This document shows positions 12,329 to 25,800 of a stretch of 64,000 nucleotides of DNA, one piece after another. A program made the position numbers and the translations under genes. The notes under the pieces are model-generated. The model did no database searches, had not been told where the DNA came from, and saw nothing but the letters and a program-made list of their open reading frames with translations. Source of the stretch: Trichoplax adhaerens (Eukaryota > Animalia > Placozoa). The stretch spans positions 2,138,987-2,202,986 of the forward strand of contig NW_002060943.1 of NCBI RefSeq assembly GCF_000150275.1, written 5' to 3'. The first letter of the stretch is position 1, and each line of letters starts with the position of its first letter.

Positions 12329-15300
12329 TCAATTAAGCGTATTTCCCAATACGAGAGGTCTACTCCTATTATTGTCGTATTCTCGACTAAATAAATACAT
12401 TGCTTTATATACAAATTCATATTGTTCCAATGTCTGAACCAGTCCTCCTCTATAAAGATAAACGTATCAAAAACGATTTACTATTAATACATTAAAGCAA
12501 ACATTGGACATCTTAAATGCCTTTCCTGATGCTAAGGTACGCATAATCAACAAGATACTAGCAAAAAATACAGCATTGACGTTCTAGTCGAAATGCTATT
12601 TTTATGCTCACCTGTCTTCCCGCATCGATGAAACTATATTTAAAATATCTACCACTCTTTCCATCTAATAAAAAACAACAATTATTAATTATTTTCAATC
12701 AATAATACAAAAAACCTAACTTATCGATGACTACCTACAGCAATATATATATAAACAATAATACATACCTCGTATTGTATTATACCAATGCTTATCGCGA
12801 TGAAACAACCGGTGCGTCCAATGCCAGCACTGTAAAATGAACAATAAAATATTATGGTCTCTCTTATGGATGTAAAAAACATTTTCCAATACTTTTTTAG
12901 TTATATCATTATTAACCTGCAATGTACTACAATAGGACCGGTAGACAATTCCTGTCGTTTTACTCTAACTTCTTTTACTAGCTGTAAAAGTTGCCTAGCT
13001 GAATCAGGAGCACCATGGTCTGGCCAAGAAGTATACCAAAAGTGATAGACATACCTAGGTGATTCCGTGATCTATAATTTTAAAATACATTCCGTTAGAT
13101 TGTAAATGTCTGTACCAGATATACATGACAAACCGTGATCATTTATATATGAGCAAACACTGTATTATCATCATGACAATAAATTTCTAGATACCTTGGT
13201 ATTTTCAAGCTTAAGTTGACTAACTATATATCCCTCTCTTTCGCAGATATTTTCTAAAGTAACCTTAATTTCGCCATAAGTAACTTGGCCTTGATCAGAA
13301 TTTGGCCAATAATATTCACATTTATTCTTCGAATAAGTACATAAATACACTTTTGTTAGTAAAAATATTCATATGCTATATTAAAGTTATGAAATGTTAT
13401 AGAATTCTTACAAGATTCTTTTCTCGGACTTTCGTAATCATAATTATAAGTGAAACATTTTGAAACCAGACCATTCTCCAAAAATCATCGATAGTGTTTG
13501 GAAGCGGCCCTTGAGTAGCAATAAAAGCGCGAGGTTCATTCTTATAACCCTAAAAATCAACACACCAACACAATCGGAATCACCAATGCTATACCCATAT
13601 ATCTCATTCAATTACAAGCAAAAAGAATAACTTTGTTTACGTAAGAGTATATCTATAGCAAGTGCCCTACATACCCTAACATAGTTTGCATTAATATAAT
13701 TTGATAACGGTACATTAGGTATTTCGGGTAAATTCACAAGAGTACGTAAATCTACAAATTGAATAGCATAAACCAATTAGTACGTACGTACATTAACGAT
13801 ATCAGAAATATCATATTTACAAAGATATTCATCCTAGATATGAAATGCTACGCTAGCTGTAATACGAACTAGGCAAAATTTGTTGATGTCTATTCTTCTT
13901 TCCTGTCCCAGCAATTCTCTGGTCGCAGAAATTCATCGGTATTTCCTTAAAAGATGTTACACGTTAGGTTACACTGTGGTGAAAATGGCATGATACAGTC
14001 CTTATAATAAATCATAGTTATAATTCACTAAATGAAGGAAAAAGCAAAAGTTCCCTACAGCGAATTCAGCATGAATACGGCTGACATTGTCCAACGCTTC
14101 CTGTAGCTCTTGCCTGTCTAATACACGACTTTTTCTTTGAAATATCTCATCTCTAGGAGGACTAGGATTTACCGGCTTTATAACATTAGCTCCTAAAGGT
14201 AACGGCAGTCTCGGTACATTACGCCTGTAGGATAAAGATGTAAAGATATTTAATTCATTTTAGTACAAATTTTAGTTAATTCATACCTATCATCAATAGT
14301 CATCAACTATAAGTTACAAAAAAATGTAAACCTCGCTGCTAGGCTTCGTGGATGCGATTGATATTGTGATACTTGTAACCAATCGTTCTCAACGACACTT
14401 GGATCATCCCATGGTTGTATATATCTCTGTTCACTATTACCAAGCGGTGAATGTCCAGGAAGTAATAGAGGAAGTTGTTTCTCGAAATCTCTATGTTCTA
14501 TTTCTTGCTTTCGAAATTTATAACGCCGCCATAATGCCGTTGCCTACATGAATATAAAGATATTAAATGTAATATACGGTAATTGTAAAATAATTTACAC
14601 CACGATTATAATACATGCTGTTGAAATTTTAAGTCTATGTGGTTACCACGAAGATTCCAAGGAGAATTAAACAAGCGGCAGTGCCTACCATGGCTCCAAT
14701 AAACCAGTACTGATTCCAAATAGTTAATTCATGTTCTTTGGGGCCATTATTAAATTTATACTATACAGATGGTTAAAAGCAATTCATTTAATACAAAATT
14801 GAAATAATACTATAAAACTTACAAAATCGATAAAATAAATATAAAGTTTGTTAACTTACCTTAGGATGAACATCAGTCACCTTAAATTCAGACAAGTAAG
14901 TTCTAAGTACACTAGGTGTTAACTTTTCTACTACGTCTTTAGCAGGGTATAGAATCTTGCTTAAATTTGAGTTGGCATCCAGATGAAATGTCGACTGTGT
15001 AACGTGAGGTTTTATCACATAGAATTCGATAATAACATCGCTTTCCTAGAAAACAATTCAAGACGAATTCTTCTTAAGATAGGTTGAATTTTTACTTTAT
15101 GTAAAGTAATAAATACGCTTTTACATTATAAATAGCAATTTTAGAAGACTTGCTTGGATATTATACATCTCTACTACATACTGCAAAAATGTAATGGAAC
15201 TGTTAAGGTATTTATTTACCATAATTTTATCAATAATAACATTTCGTGCTGGTACATGCAATGCAGCAGCAATCCCATATACAAATTCAGCTCTTCTGTC

Positions 15301-18300
15301 GGCTGTAAAAGACGAAGATTCCATAGCGATTACCTAGAGAAAAAATAAACAAAAGAATTTAATGCTTCTTCTACTATTTATAATTACCGATTCATCACTA
15401 TATTATAAAATAGCAATACGATCAAATTTGTCAATTGAAAGATGTTACTGATAACGTCTAATCTATTTAGAATATCTCTTCAGCATTCTGATAGAAACAT
15501 TTTGCATAACTACCTCATTTGCTTAAGTAAATGGAAAAGAAGCACTTATACTGTAAATTATCAAATTTTTCTACTCATCACAGTACTGTACTATTTTCTT
15601 GTAGAACACCAGTAAATGATAACACATCCAAAAATGATTGTAGTATATACTACAGCGTCAAAAGCTAAGTACGCATAACAGAGCAACATCTGCAATGATA
15701 AGTTGTGATTATTTTATCAATTAATCAAGAAATTATTATCGCACATTAAGGTAATAATAGTATAATATGACATTACCTACAACTTGTATAGCACTACTGA
15801 GTCTACCTTAGAGGTACTGACTGTACGCTTAGAAAGTAAAATCTTTCAGTGTAGTACAATTTAATTGAATGCTAAATTACTAAATCACCGCTTTACAATT
15901 TATATTTATAATTCAAAGTACAAATTAATTTAAGAAAATAGGGTTATGAAGCTACTCCCTTATATGCATATACGCATATATCCCACTTCGTATAAAGTTT
16001 ATATTTCATAATATTAAATTTGTAAATGTTATACCGTATAATATATAGGAAGATTATTAATCATAGGAATTCTCCCAATTTCTTAACCACAATAACCTAT
16101 TGTAATCGCAGTATGACTCATCACAAGTCCATCATGGATGTTAATAATAACTAAAATATTCAATGTTTGGTAAAGTAATAGCTAGAGAGTAATTACGTTA
16201 CGGTAAAGCATTAACTTCTGAAAAATCCCGTAGTAGGCAGCGTTTTACAAAAATATTTATACATCTCCTTCAAATAAATAGTGATGTACCGTAGTAAACT
16301 TACGTTAGTTTATGATCAGAATGAATTTATAACTAAATTATATATATTATTAGCCTTGGCTATTTTTTGCTTCTATTCGATACAGACTTAAGTATATATA
16401 CACACTTAGTATAGCATGAAGAAATATCCCATAACAGTGAAAACCGCGATTTCATAAAATTTATAACAATTTTGATCAACTCTTTCTCTCTCCCTACCCA
16501 TTTAAAAACACTCATAGTGCCAGATGTCAAATGTAATTTATTAGAGTACATTCAAAAATATCACTACTGTAGATAAAAATATGATATAAGCTAATTAATA
16601 ATGGCTATCTAAAAAACGAATTTATTTATAAAAAAAATCCTAATTGGTTACTAACGCAACAGAATAGGATAGCCACGTTAATGTATTCCGATACAAGTAG
16701 TTGCAGATTCATATTATGCCTTATGTAATTGTAATTTAAAAACGACTTATCATTTATCGATCGTCTTTCTCAATCATACGAGTATAGCATACATCCAAGA
16801 AAAAAGAGGAAAAACCCAAACTGTTACTTGGAATTTATAATCAAGTCAAGATTCCGTAACGATAGCAAGTCTAATGGAATTTAGAGCATAATATCAAATA
16901 TAAAGACTATCATGAAGTCGCTACTCAAGTTGATATATAAATTTATCTGTAGATAATCTTTTATTTTTTCAACTTATCCATCCATAAATTTCAACCAATA
17001 TGTAAGTGTATCTATAATGATTAGTTTTATCATTGATTGGTCTCCATTCTCGTTACCATTAATGAAACAAAAGTAATTACCCTAAACAAACATATGTCAA
17101 GTATAGAAGTGATTCACGTACCGTTGCAATATTCATATGGTAAGAAATTAACATAAACGAATGAATGTTCATGAATGAGTCACTACCATAATGTGAGATT
17201 CAGTACAAGTAAATAAATCCAAACTACTATTTACCATATCGACATTAGCTATTACAGCGTTCGTTTCAATATTATGCAAGATTTTACTACCCTACCATAC
17301 GATATGAGTGAAGGAATGTTGCACATTATGTTCAGTATATTACATAAGGTTGCGTAAAATGAAGTTTACGAACGGTGTTCATGTATAACATACTGTATGT
17401 GTAGGTATTTTGCCAAATGTATATACATACTTTATGTGCTAATATCATGAAAAGCACATGAAATTCGTCAATCCTAATTAGTGCTTAATCATAACAAAAT
17501 GGATTCAAGCCCAACTATTATTATCAGGTTGATAAATGAATTGTAGATTTCAAATCTATATCTACAATCATGATGAAAACCTGACTATTCACTTGCTATC
17601 TATTGCACAGTTATCATAGTCGTCCTATCGGTAATGAAATTAATGAAGGATTGCATGAAGTTGATATTTCATCATCAAATGATGCAAATAGCTTCCATCG
17701 ACTATTTAGTAGCTAACCCCTATTACGCTGTTGTACTTATCGACTTTTACTCATCTATTTGGTCAATATTAGCCTAAATAAGATGGAAAGAGAGAGTAGC
17801 TAACTGTGAATAAGATGATAACTCTAACAAGCAACTGTCATCAGCACAGTGTGAAATGGACGTTATTATCCGACTTCGTGGTATCTTGAAGTTGCAAGTA
17901 TTGTAACTTGCGTGTCGATTGCGTGTTGAATGTTACTCATTACGAGTTGAAATCACTTTCATATTGATCTGCAAAAGCTATACACATCAGCATAGATTGC
18001 AATTTTGAATTTGAACGTGGCAAATAGACCATAGCTTTGACTCTTTATTTTAACTCACTTTCGACTACGTCTACTCTTACCTGAAGGAGATATCAAAAGA
18101 CTATATTGCACTATCGCAACTATCAAGTACAAGGATGTAGTCTTGAATGGAATTGAATTATTATTATATTACGTAAACTTACAGCCACAACAATATATTG
18201 TCTGCTGACATCTTTCAGTAAAAAAAGCGTAGTATGGGCTGTCGATTTGAATGTTGTTGGCTTGACCGTTGTGATTGCCATTGCCCGTTTCTGTCTAACT

Positions 18301-21300
18301 GGTAATATTGTGTCATCATCTGGATCTCTTTTAGCGATTGCAGTATCTTGGAAGTTGGCGTCTCGTAACAGCGGTGAACTGACTATAATATCATTGTAGG
18401 AAAAAAAATAAAAAGATTCAATTCATTCATCAATTTATAATAAAATAGGCTACCTTTCTCAATTGCTAACTCTAATCTCTTGATATTACAGTAGTGTCTA
18501 TGTGTACAGTACCAGTCTATACGTTCAACAATCAACATGGTAACATTCATTATGTAGCACTGCTATTGAGAAATAGTTGATTTTTCATGCAGTGTTGGAG
18601 ATGCACTTTTCTCTTCAATTTTCACTTGACAATCGAAGTAAAACATGATCTATTCTATTGCAATTTTCGTTTCAAGTAATGCGATGCAAGGGGGGCACGG
18701 TATGGCGATCGAATTTCCGAATATTACTTGATATACACCAAATTTTTGTCGACTGTTGTGTTTTTCTATGGATTGTTGTATCCACTCGATATAGTAGTAG
18801 CGTATTGAGTTCAGATTGTAACGGACTGTTTATCAATCAATACCCACTGATGTAGTCATCACCAAATGCAATGAGCCACTTTGTACCGTTGGCAGTTTTT
18901 TTTTTTTTTTTTTTATATAAATGGGCGCTGACAGAGAGTACTGTACATGGAGTCCATTCAAAACTGAATTAACATCACTTATCTACCTATTTTCATTGAA
19001 TAGGAAAGTAAATCAATAAATTTTTAAAAATCTTCTCCATCTTCAAGTCATGTATTACTAACAACAGTATTGACATAGTGTGACTTGACACATGCATGTC
19101 AGGATTATCGATAGACCTGACTCTCGATCAGCATCGGGTGTGAATGGCATACATACGGATGACATTGTGTTGGCCGTGCGCTAGCAGCTGACCCGTCCGT
19201 TGAACGTTTTACAACGATCGTGTTGCTATGCTGAAGCGGTTGACTTGTAGGTTACACGTTGTCGTACAAGATGGTATCGTCGTGTCCGTTGTCATTGTTG
19301 ACTGAAAGAACAGTGGGTGTGACCGTAAGTACAGTTGTGGAACGCTTGCCGTAACCTGACTTTGCCTTCACTACAACGGGACTGTACTGTACGCCATGGT
19401 AACGTCGCAATGTATTTGTATAGTTAGTTCTTCTTCTTAATTAACATATACAGTATAGACATCGAGTAAGAAAAAGAAAAAACTGCCCTCGATGAATGAG
19501 TCAATCAATCCCATCGTCCCATGGTGCCCCACACTACAGTAGTACGATCGATATTGTTGTGGTCCTCAAGAAAAACGAAACAAGAGAAATAATCCCGCGA
19601 TGCAACAGTGTCGACCGATGGACGTCATCAGCATATGTACTATGCTGTAACTTTCGCTAACTTCTTTTTCGACGGTACTGTACCGGCGACACTAGACTTG
19701 ACATAAGGACATTACTTGAATACACTATGGCACAACTCAGAAACTCGAGAGGTAAAATCAAACGAACTAGAGATGTTTTATTGATCGACAGAATGAATCA
19801 CGAACAGGTGCGATCGCCAAAGGAAATATTAAAAAATGACTACTTGGCGGCTACAATACTACTATCTATCATACATGTACAACTAGAATCTTCTTCAATG
19901 GATCTTACAATCTTTCTATCGCTCAAACTTGGGTAGCAAACAGCTATTGTAACATAGTATTGTACAACCATTTGTTCATTACTAGGGAAGCACTACAAAA
20001 AAAAGAGTAAAGTAAAATGATCTCAGAGAGAACATGAGCCGCAATATTTCCCCTCCCCCCATACGGATATACTTTTTCGTATGATTAACGGCGGCTTAAT
20101 GCCGTGTGTAGAAAGAACAATATGCAGTAGAAAATGTAAATAAAATAAGAACATGCCACCAACACGGACAAGACTACAACTAACAAGTAAGGATAGTTTT
20201 CTTAAGCCGGGCAATGTAAAACAGCCCCCCCCCCCTTTTTCAATCGATGAAATCCATTTCTGTACGCCACTGAACCGTAACAAGTCAACCCGTGACGAAT
20301 CCCCCAAAAATATGGCTACAGTCCAAATTGTCATTCTCATAGTAATTCAGTCATTCTAATTCTAAAAGAGTATGGAATCAAACAAATAGACCCATGTAAA
20401 AAATTTTTTACAACGACAGCCTACTTCAAAATTGTCTGTTCATCTTCTACTTTTTGAAATTCTAGTGTCTTTAGCTTATCTAGTCGAAAGGTGGGTTCAG
20501 TTTTTTTTACGAGATTGAAACTACAAAGTGCCAATGAGAAATGTTATTCTCACCCATCAGGTTCACCAAACCCAAATGCCTTGAGTAGTTGGGCATTCAT
20601 AAAATGAAAAATTGGTTTACTTCTCGTAGACCTACTTTTTAATTAATGGCAGTAGTAACGGAGGGTCGTGGAAATTGCGCCACGTTGATTCTCCAGTTTC
20701 ACAACACTACTTATGGTCCATTTTACATTCAATGTTCTACACGCTACAGCAGATACCGCTCGATAATGATATCATGATCACACTGTAAAAATAGGGTATA
20801 ACATCATCTCTAGGTACGACAATACATAGTATATGGGAACATATACCGACAGTAAAAACACTTATTGTACGCGGTATTAATTCATACAACTGCATGCACA
20901 TCAATTTACACTATGTATCGACATATTTATTGACGGCAACATACTGTACTGTACTGTATTCTTGGTATATCCCCGATCGTACGAATATCCCAGGGAACAA
21001 ACATACTATACTTAGCAGTAATGTCGATGTCGTCGTTTTATAGTCGTAAATAGTTACTGAAAAGCAATCTTAGAGTGAGAAAGGGGATGGAAACTCGATA
21101 GACGCTGGCGAAATAAGAGTCATAAGGAGACAAGAGATAAGATGATGGGAGTGGAAAAACTACTACAAAACTTCAAATCTATAGTACTGTACAGTATATC
21201 GTCGAGTTATCATGTTGACATAACTACCTTTTCTTAAATTAAACTAACTGGTCGGAAGCGACCAAACATAATGCAAGAAGAGAAAAGTAGGAGTAGCTTT

Positions 21301-21807
21301 ATCCAGTACAACCTTTACATTGATAGGACTATTTAGGAAAAGATGTGTACTTGACTAACGAATTCTCCTTTAAAATAGCGTGTTCTACGTTATAGGAAAC
21401 TGAACAGAAGAGAGCTTACTCTAGACTATAGTACATGATGTTGCAGTAACTTGAAGTGGAACAATCCATCTGATCGCAACAGCGGGTATCAATCCGTTGA
21501 CGATTCAGAAATGAAATATTACGGTAACGATCGTTTCTTGGTACTCATTAGCAGTGTTGAAAGACATTGTAATATAGAGAATTGGAGAAAGGCATATTTT
21601 TGAACTTGAATGAAAAAATAGGCACAGCATGCTCCATTTTCAAAAAGCAGTCCAACTTTCAATGGATGACTCGGTATAGTGATGATTTTTCTGTCAGTTG
21701 AAAAGTACTTTTATAGCCTATACCATATACTTACAAGTTAACGCTGACAAGGATAGCAATAGGCCAGTGACCAGTAAAGCATACAGCAGTAGTCGAGTAC
21801 CGGCCAT
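12329..21807 (-). CDS. PTPRR: Receptor-type tyrosine phosphatase of the PTPRR/PTPN5/PTPN7 (KIM) family; 15 exons (21735-21807, 18183-18382, 15220-15333, 14860-15045, 14647-14760, 14332-14543, 14059-14224, 13870-13945, 13675-13751, 13412-13549, 13195-13326, 12917-13071, 12769-12829, 12612-12664, 12329-12449), ~625 aa
   Basis: All exon phases are consistent. Signal peptide [24 protein letters not shown]. Ectodomain [15 protein letters not shown] is PTPRR-like. TM segment [25 protein letters not shown]. Catalytic region: [90 protein letters not shown]. Confidence 0.92.
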
Positions 21808-22349
21808 AACTGCTATATCCACTGTGATGTGAAAGTGATCCCTGATCAACCACCAATGAAGTTCAATACCGTTAGCACTGCCATCCAAGTTTCTCTAGTC
21901 TTGATAAAATCATAACAAACTAGTAAGATTCTACGCGTACAATGGGTGTATGAGTAGTAGAATGGAAATTTATTGATGATTGTAGGGATTGGAAGTAAAA
22001 TAAATGAATCGTCTTGTTATGTTGGAAAAAGGCTTTCTATTTCGACCCAATTCACACTAACACCAAGTTAATACATAGATGCACAATCGATGGCAACAAA
22101 TTGCTTTTTCTGATTGAACTTGAACAAGAATGAATCTACACTAATATCCAACAGTTGACTCCAATTACTCAACTGACTACACTAACTAAAAAAGGATGGA
22201 GAGTTTGGGGATCTAGCGCAGAATGAGTGAACTCTCAACTAGTGTATTCCAGCAAGGTGGTGCAGGCTATTATACTATACAGTACGAGGCGAAGACAGCG
22301 TATTGTACGCACGGTACGTAGGCCTACCATCAATCAAAGAGGTAAAAGA

Positions 22350-22875
22350 AAATTTGGGACTGTACAGTACTGTACTGTACCGTACTGTACTGTACAGTCA
22401 ATTAAGTAATCGGATGGTGTACTGTACACTGTACAATTTGTCGTATTGTACACTATACACTGTACATATTGTACTCTAAACACGACTCTCAATTTAGTGA
22501 TTGGATGATGTACAGTGTACAGTACAATTTGTCATAATGTACTGTACTGTACTGTACTGTACTGTACTGTACTGTACGGTACAGTACAAGCTAAAACACT
22601 GTACTGTACGGCACTTGACTGCACCCAAATGAAATGATCAGCGAAAACACCAAAAATGGACATGATACACTAGCCGAATCTACATTATGTACAGTACATT
22701 ACAGACTACTATACTGTACGACTGAAATCATTCAAATCTGCTATCCGTAAAATGGATGGCATCCGATCGACGTCGGACGTACGCATGGGCATTATCATAC
22801 AGTAGTGTACAATGTACAGTACATAGTGCACAGTACTGTACAGTACATAGCGTAGAGTACAGTACTGTACAGCAC
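22350..22875. repeat. (CTGTA/TACAG)n pentamer tract cluster upstream of PTPRR
   Basis: A long (actgt)n run at ~22538-22577 plus mixed-orientation tgtacagtac units. Confidence 0.85.
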
Positions 22876-25800
22876 AACTGCACATGATAAGCTGTTTTAT
22901 TGGGTACAGCTCCAATTCAGCAAGAAGAACCAATTAGTTGCTTTGTCCTCCTTGTAGCGTAGTTTGGATAACGACTACCCCAAAAAGTGATACAGCCAAT
23001 ATCACCATACGGTAGGCGGCGAGATCGCATTGATTAACCTGCTTGTAGTTTGTAGCCAAAGTTGATGCAAAACCGCAATCAATGGGACCGCTGTTTTAAG
23101 GGGAATGATCCAATCCAAAGTCACCAATTGGACTTACTGTACTATATACGCGTGGCACTCTTTGAAGAATGGATGTCTTGGATGAGGGCAAGTGGGGCAG
23201 TGGTGATAAAATACTATAGTACAGTCCACTCAATGACTAAAGTCTCATTCACAACATTTGGGAATAGTTGCAAAAGTTGATAACGACAGTCCTTCCAGAA
23301 GCATTGATAAAACTATCACTCGATCATTCACCAACGCTATCGCTGACTAGATACGAATTCTACCTCTCACTCTCTCAGTCAGATGGTACATCAATTAAAA
23401 GTATTAAGATAGCGTTACACCTCAATCAGTGTGGAAGTCGTCTGTGATAGCGTACTCAACTTACAATCAGGAATTAAAATACGAAAATAAAATAAAATAG
23501 CAGAATAGCCAGTGGTAGTACGTTATGTTATTCTAAGTAAGTATTGACGGTTAGGGACACAATGATCGTCTACATAGACTACTGATTACATCGGAGTCGG
23601 CACTTACATCGTAATAAGAGTCTTGCTACTCAAGCGATCACCACTTAAATCGAATCAATCCTACTTCTGCGCCACCAGTGATCACCAAGATTTTGGGTAG
23701 TCAGAAATCTCTTAATATCTCAAACGTGTTGAAAATATTTCAGGCGACTATTCAAGAAAATGAAAAGATTGAAATTGTTGAATAATTAAATTTTATCAGT
23801 GTCAAAAATTTTACAATAAACAAAAACTGTTGATGTACAGTATGCACGTAGAATTGTAGATGTATATTTTACCATCTCTACCAGTACAGATAATTCCAAT
23901 CAACTATTAAAGTAACAATTACGAATTGCGTGAATTAAATCTGTCATCTAGGCATATAATACTCTTTGCTATTGTAATAAACGTGCTCTCCAATAATAAT
24001 AAAGCTAAATAGACTGTAGATTAGGCATCAATATGATTGAAAAAAAAGATTGAGTCATATCGGCCGCTAACTTACATCACAAATTTGTAGCATAAAAAAA
24101 TTGAGCTACAGCTCATGATGGCAGTATAATAATTATAACTGATACTTACTGTATAAATAGATTAGTTATGACCTAGATTACTATCTTCGTGTAAAGTCCT
24201 AGTTTTATATTTTGAAGACTACTCCAATGATTCTTTTCATTCATACCGTCCACAAAAATAGTAATAACAAATTAAAATAGATACAATACTTGATTTACCT
24301 TGGAAATAGAAAAAAGAAATTGTAGTAAAATATATACTAAAATCAATAAAGTTATCAATAACTACTATTTCACATTATGAGGCTCTAATACACTACGGTG
24401 AACGCCTGATATACCTACCCGTATGCTATACAAAATTACGTTAGGGTATTCACTATCTACAGTTGAATAAAAACTATTGCAAAACTATTTGATGATATAA
24501 AAATAAAAAATTATTAATCTAGCGGGAATGAATGAACGACATTATAATGTCGATATTTTTTCCTTTCATTCTCTACTTCCGTTCAATTATTTATTTTTTA
24601 TTCAATATTAGAATAGTCACGATAGCTTGGCTAATGAATAAGAAAATAAATGTCTATTTTAAAACAAATAATGTGAAGAAATTAGCGGCAATACTGCCTA
24701 TAAGTTCAAGAAGAATAAATACTAAATAATATTGTCATCAAACTATAAAGCACTTTGAACTATCGTAGCCGTCTGCGTAATATCGTCAATCCTTTGAAAT
24801 TTCAGTCATTTTTTAATTATAAAGCCGATTGTGTAATTGTTCATTATCATACCACTAATAAATTCCCCTAGGTTCATGTATAATATATACTAACAAAGCT
24901 ATTTTTATAACTCTTGAGCGATAACAACATATTAATATAGCTATCCCTTTACATATAGTAAGAAGGATTTGTGCTGCCATGGTTTGCTTACTTGTAAAGA
25001 AATAAACGTATGGCATGATCTACGATTGAATGAAAAGTACCAGATTCTTATAGACTAGTGTAAATATAATTAAAGTTAAACTTTTTAATTCAATAAAACC
25101 CATCAATAGTAACAGTTATGTTCATGATCCTTGGGCATTTTGATTTTATCACAGCCGTAGCCTATGATATGCGGTATAGTACTGCTAGGGCAGTATTAGA
25201 ATAAAATCATTAATTTATCTTATGGGCCAACGCTGTGTGAATTTTCTTCTTCCCTGTTGCTCCCTTTTGCACTATTATACGGATATCAGTAAAACGGAGA
25301 AAATAATCAATCCTTCACTTCTTTTTCGGCCGGCACGGTTATATTTTAAATATACTACATTTTATTATTTTATTTCCATTTTAATTTATAGCCGTCTTAA
25401 CTAAAAAAAAATGGCACTGTATCTTTGCCCGAATAATTTATATTAAGTATCATAACAGCAATGTACTACTAGATAATATCACACAATGAATTCTTCAACT
25501 ATTGTCGACTCTATTCCAGGACACTGAAGGAGAAATTATTCTTGCCTCATAAATTCACTACCATCTTATTCTCGACTACGCCCTTATATATAATAAGGAA
25601 ATAGTTCTTAATTAATTTTTAATATAATAAAAACTGTTAGTAATTCATTCTCATCTAAACTACTCTAGCTTTACAACTATGACACAAGGCTTGATAGGCG
25701 CGGTCTATCCACTGCAATCTCTTTCTTTAGTGTTATGTTGATTAGATATATTACTTCTTGATATTCACCGCTTCTTTTTCACTAAACTTGAGTAACTATT

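Noticed and set aside
20153-20359. ORF with eh1-like FSIDEI motif antisense in PTPRR intron 1
   Set aside because: Short, depends on a C/T homopolymer run, and has no supporting exon structure.
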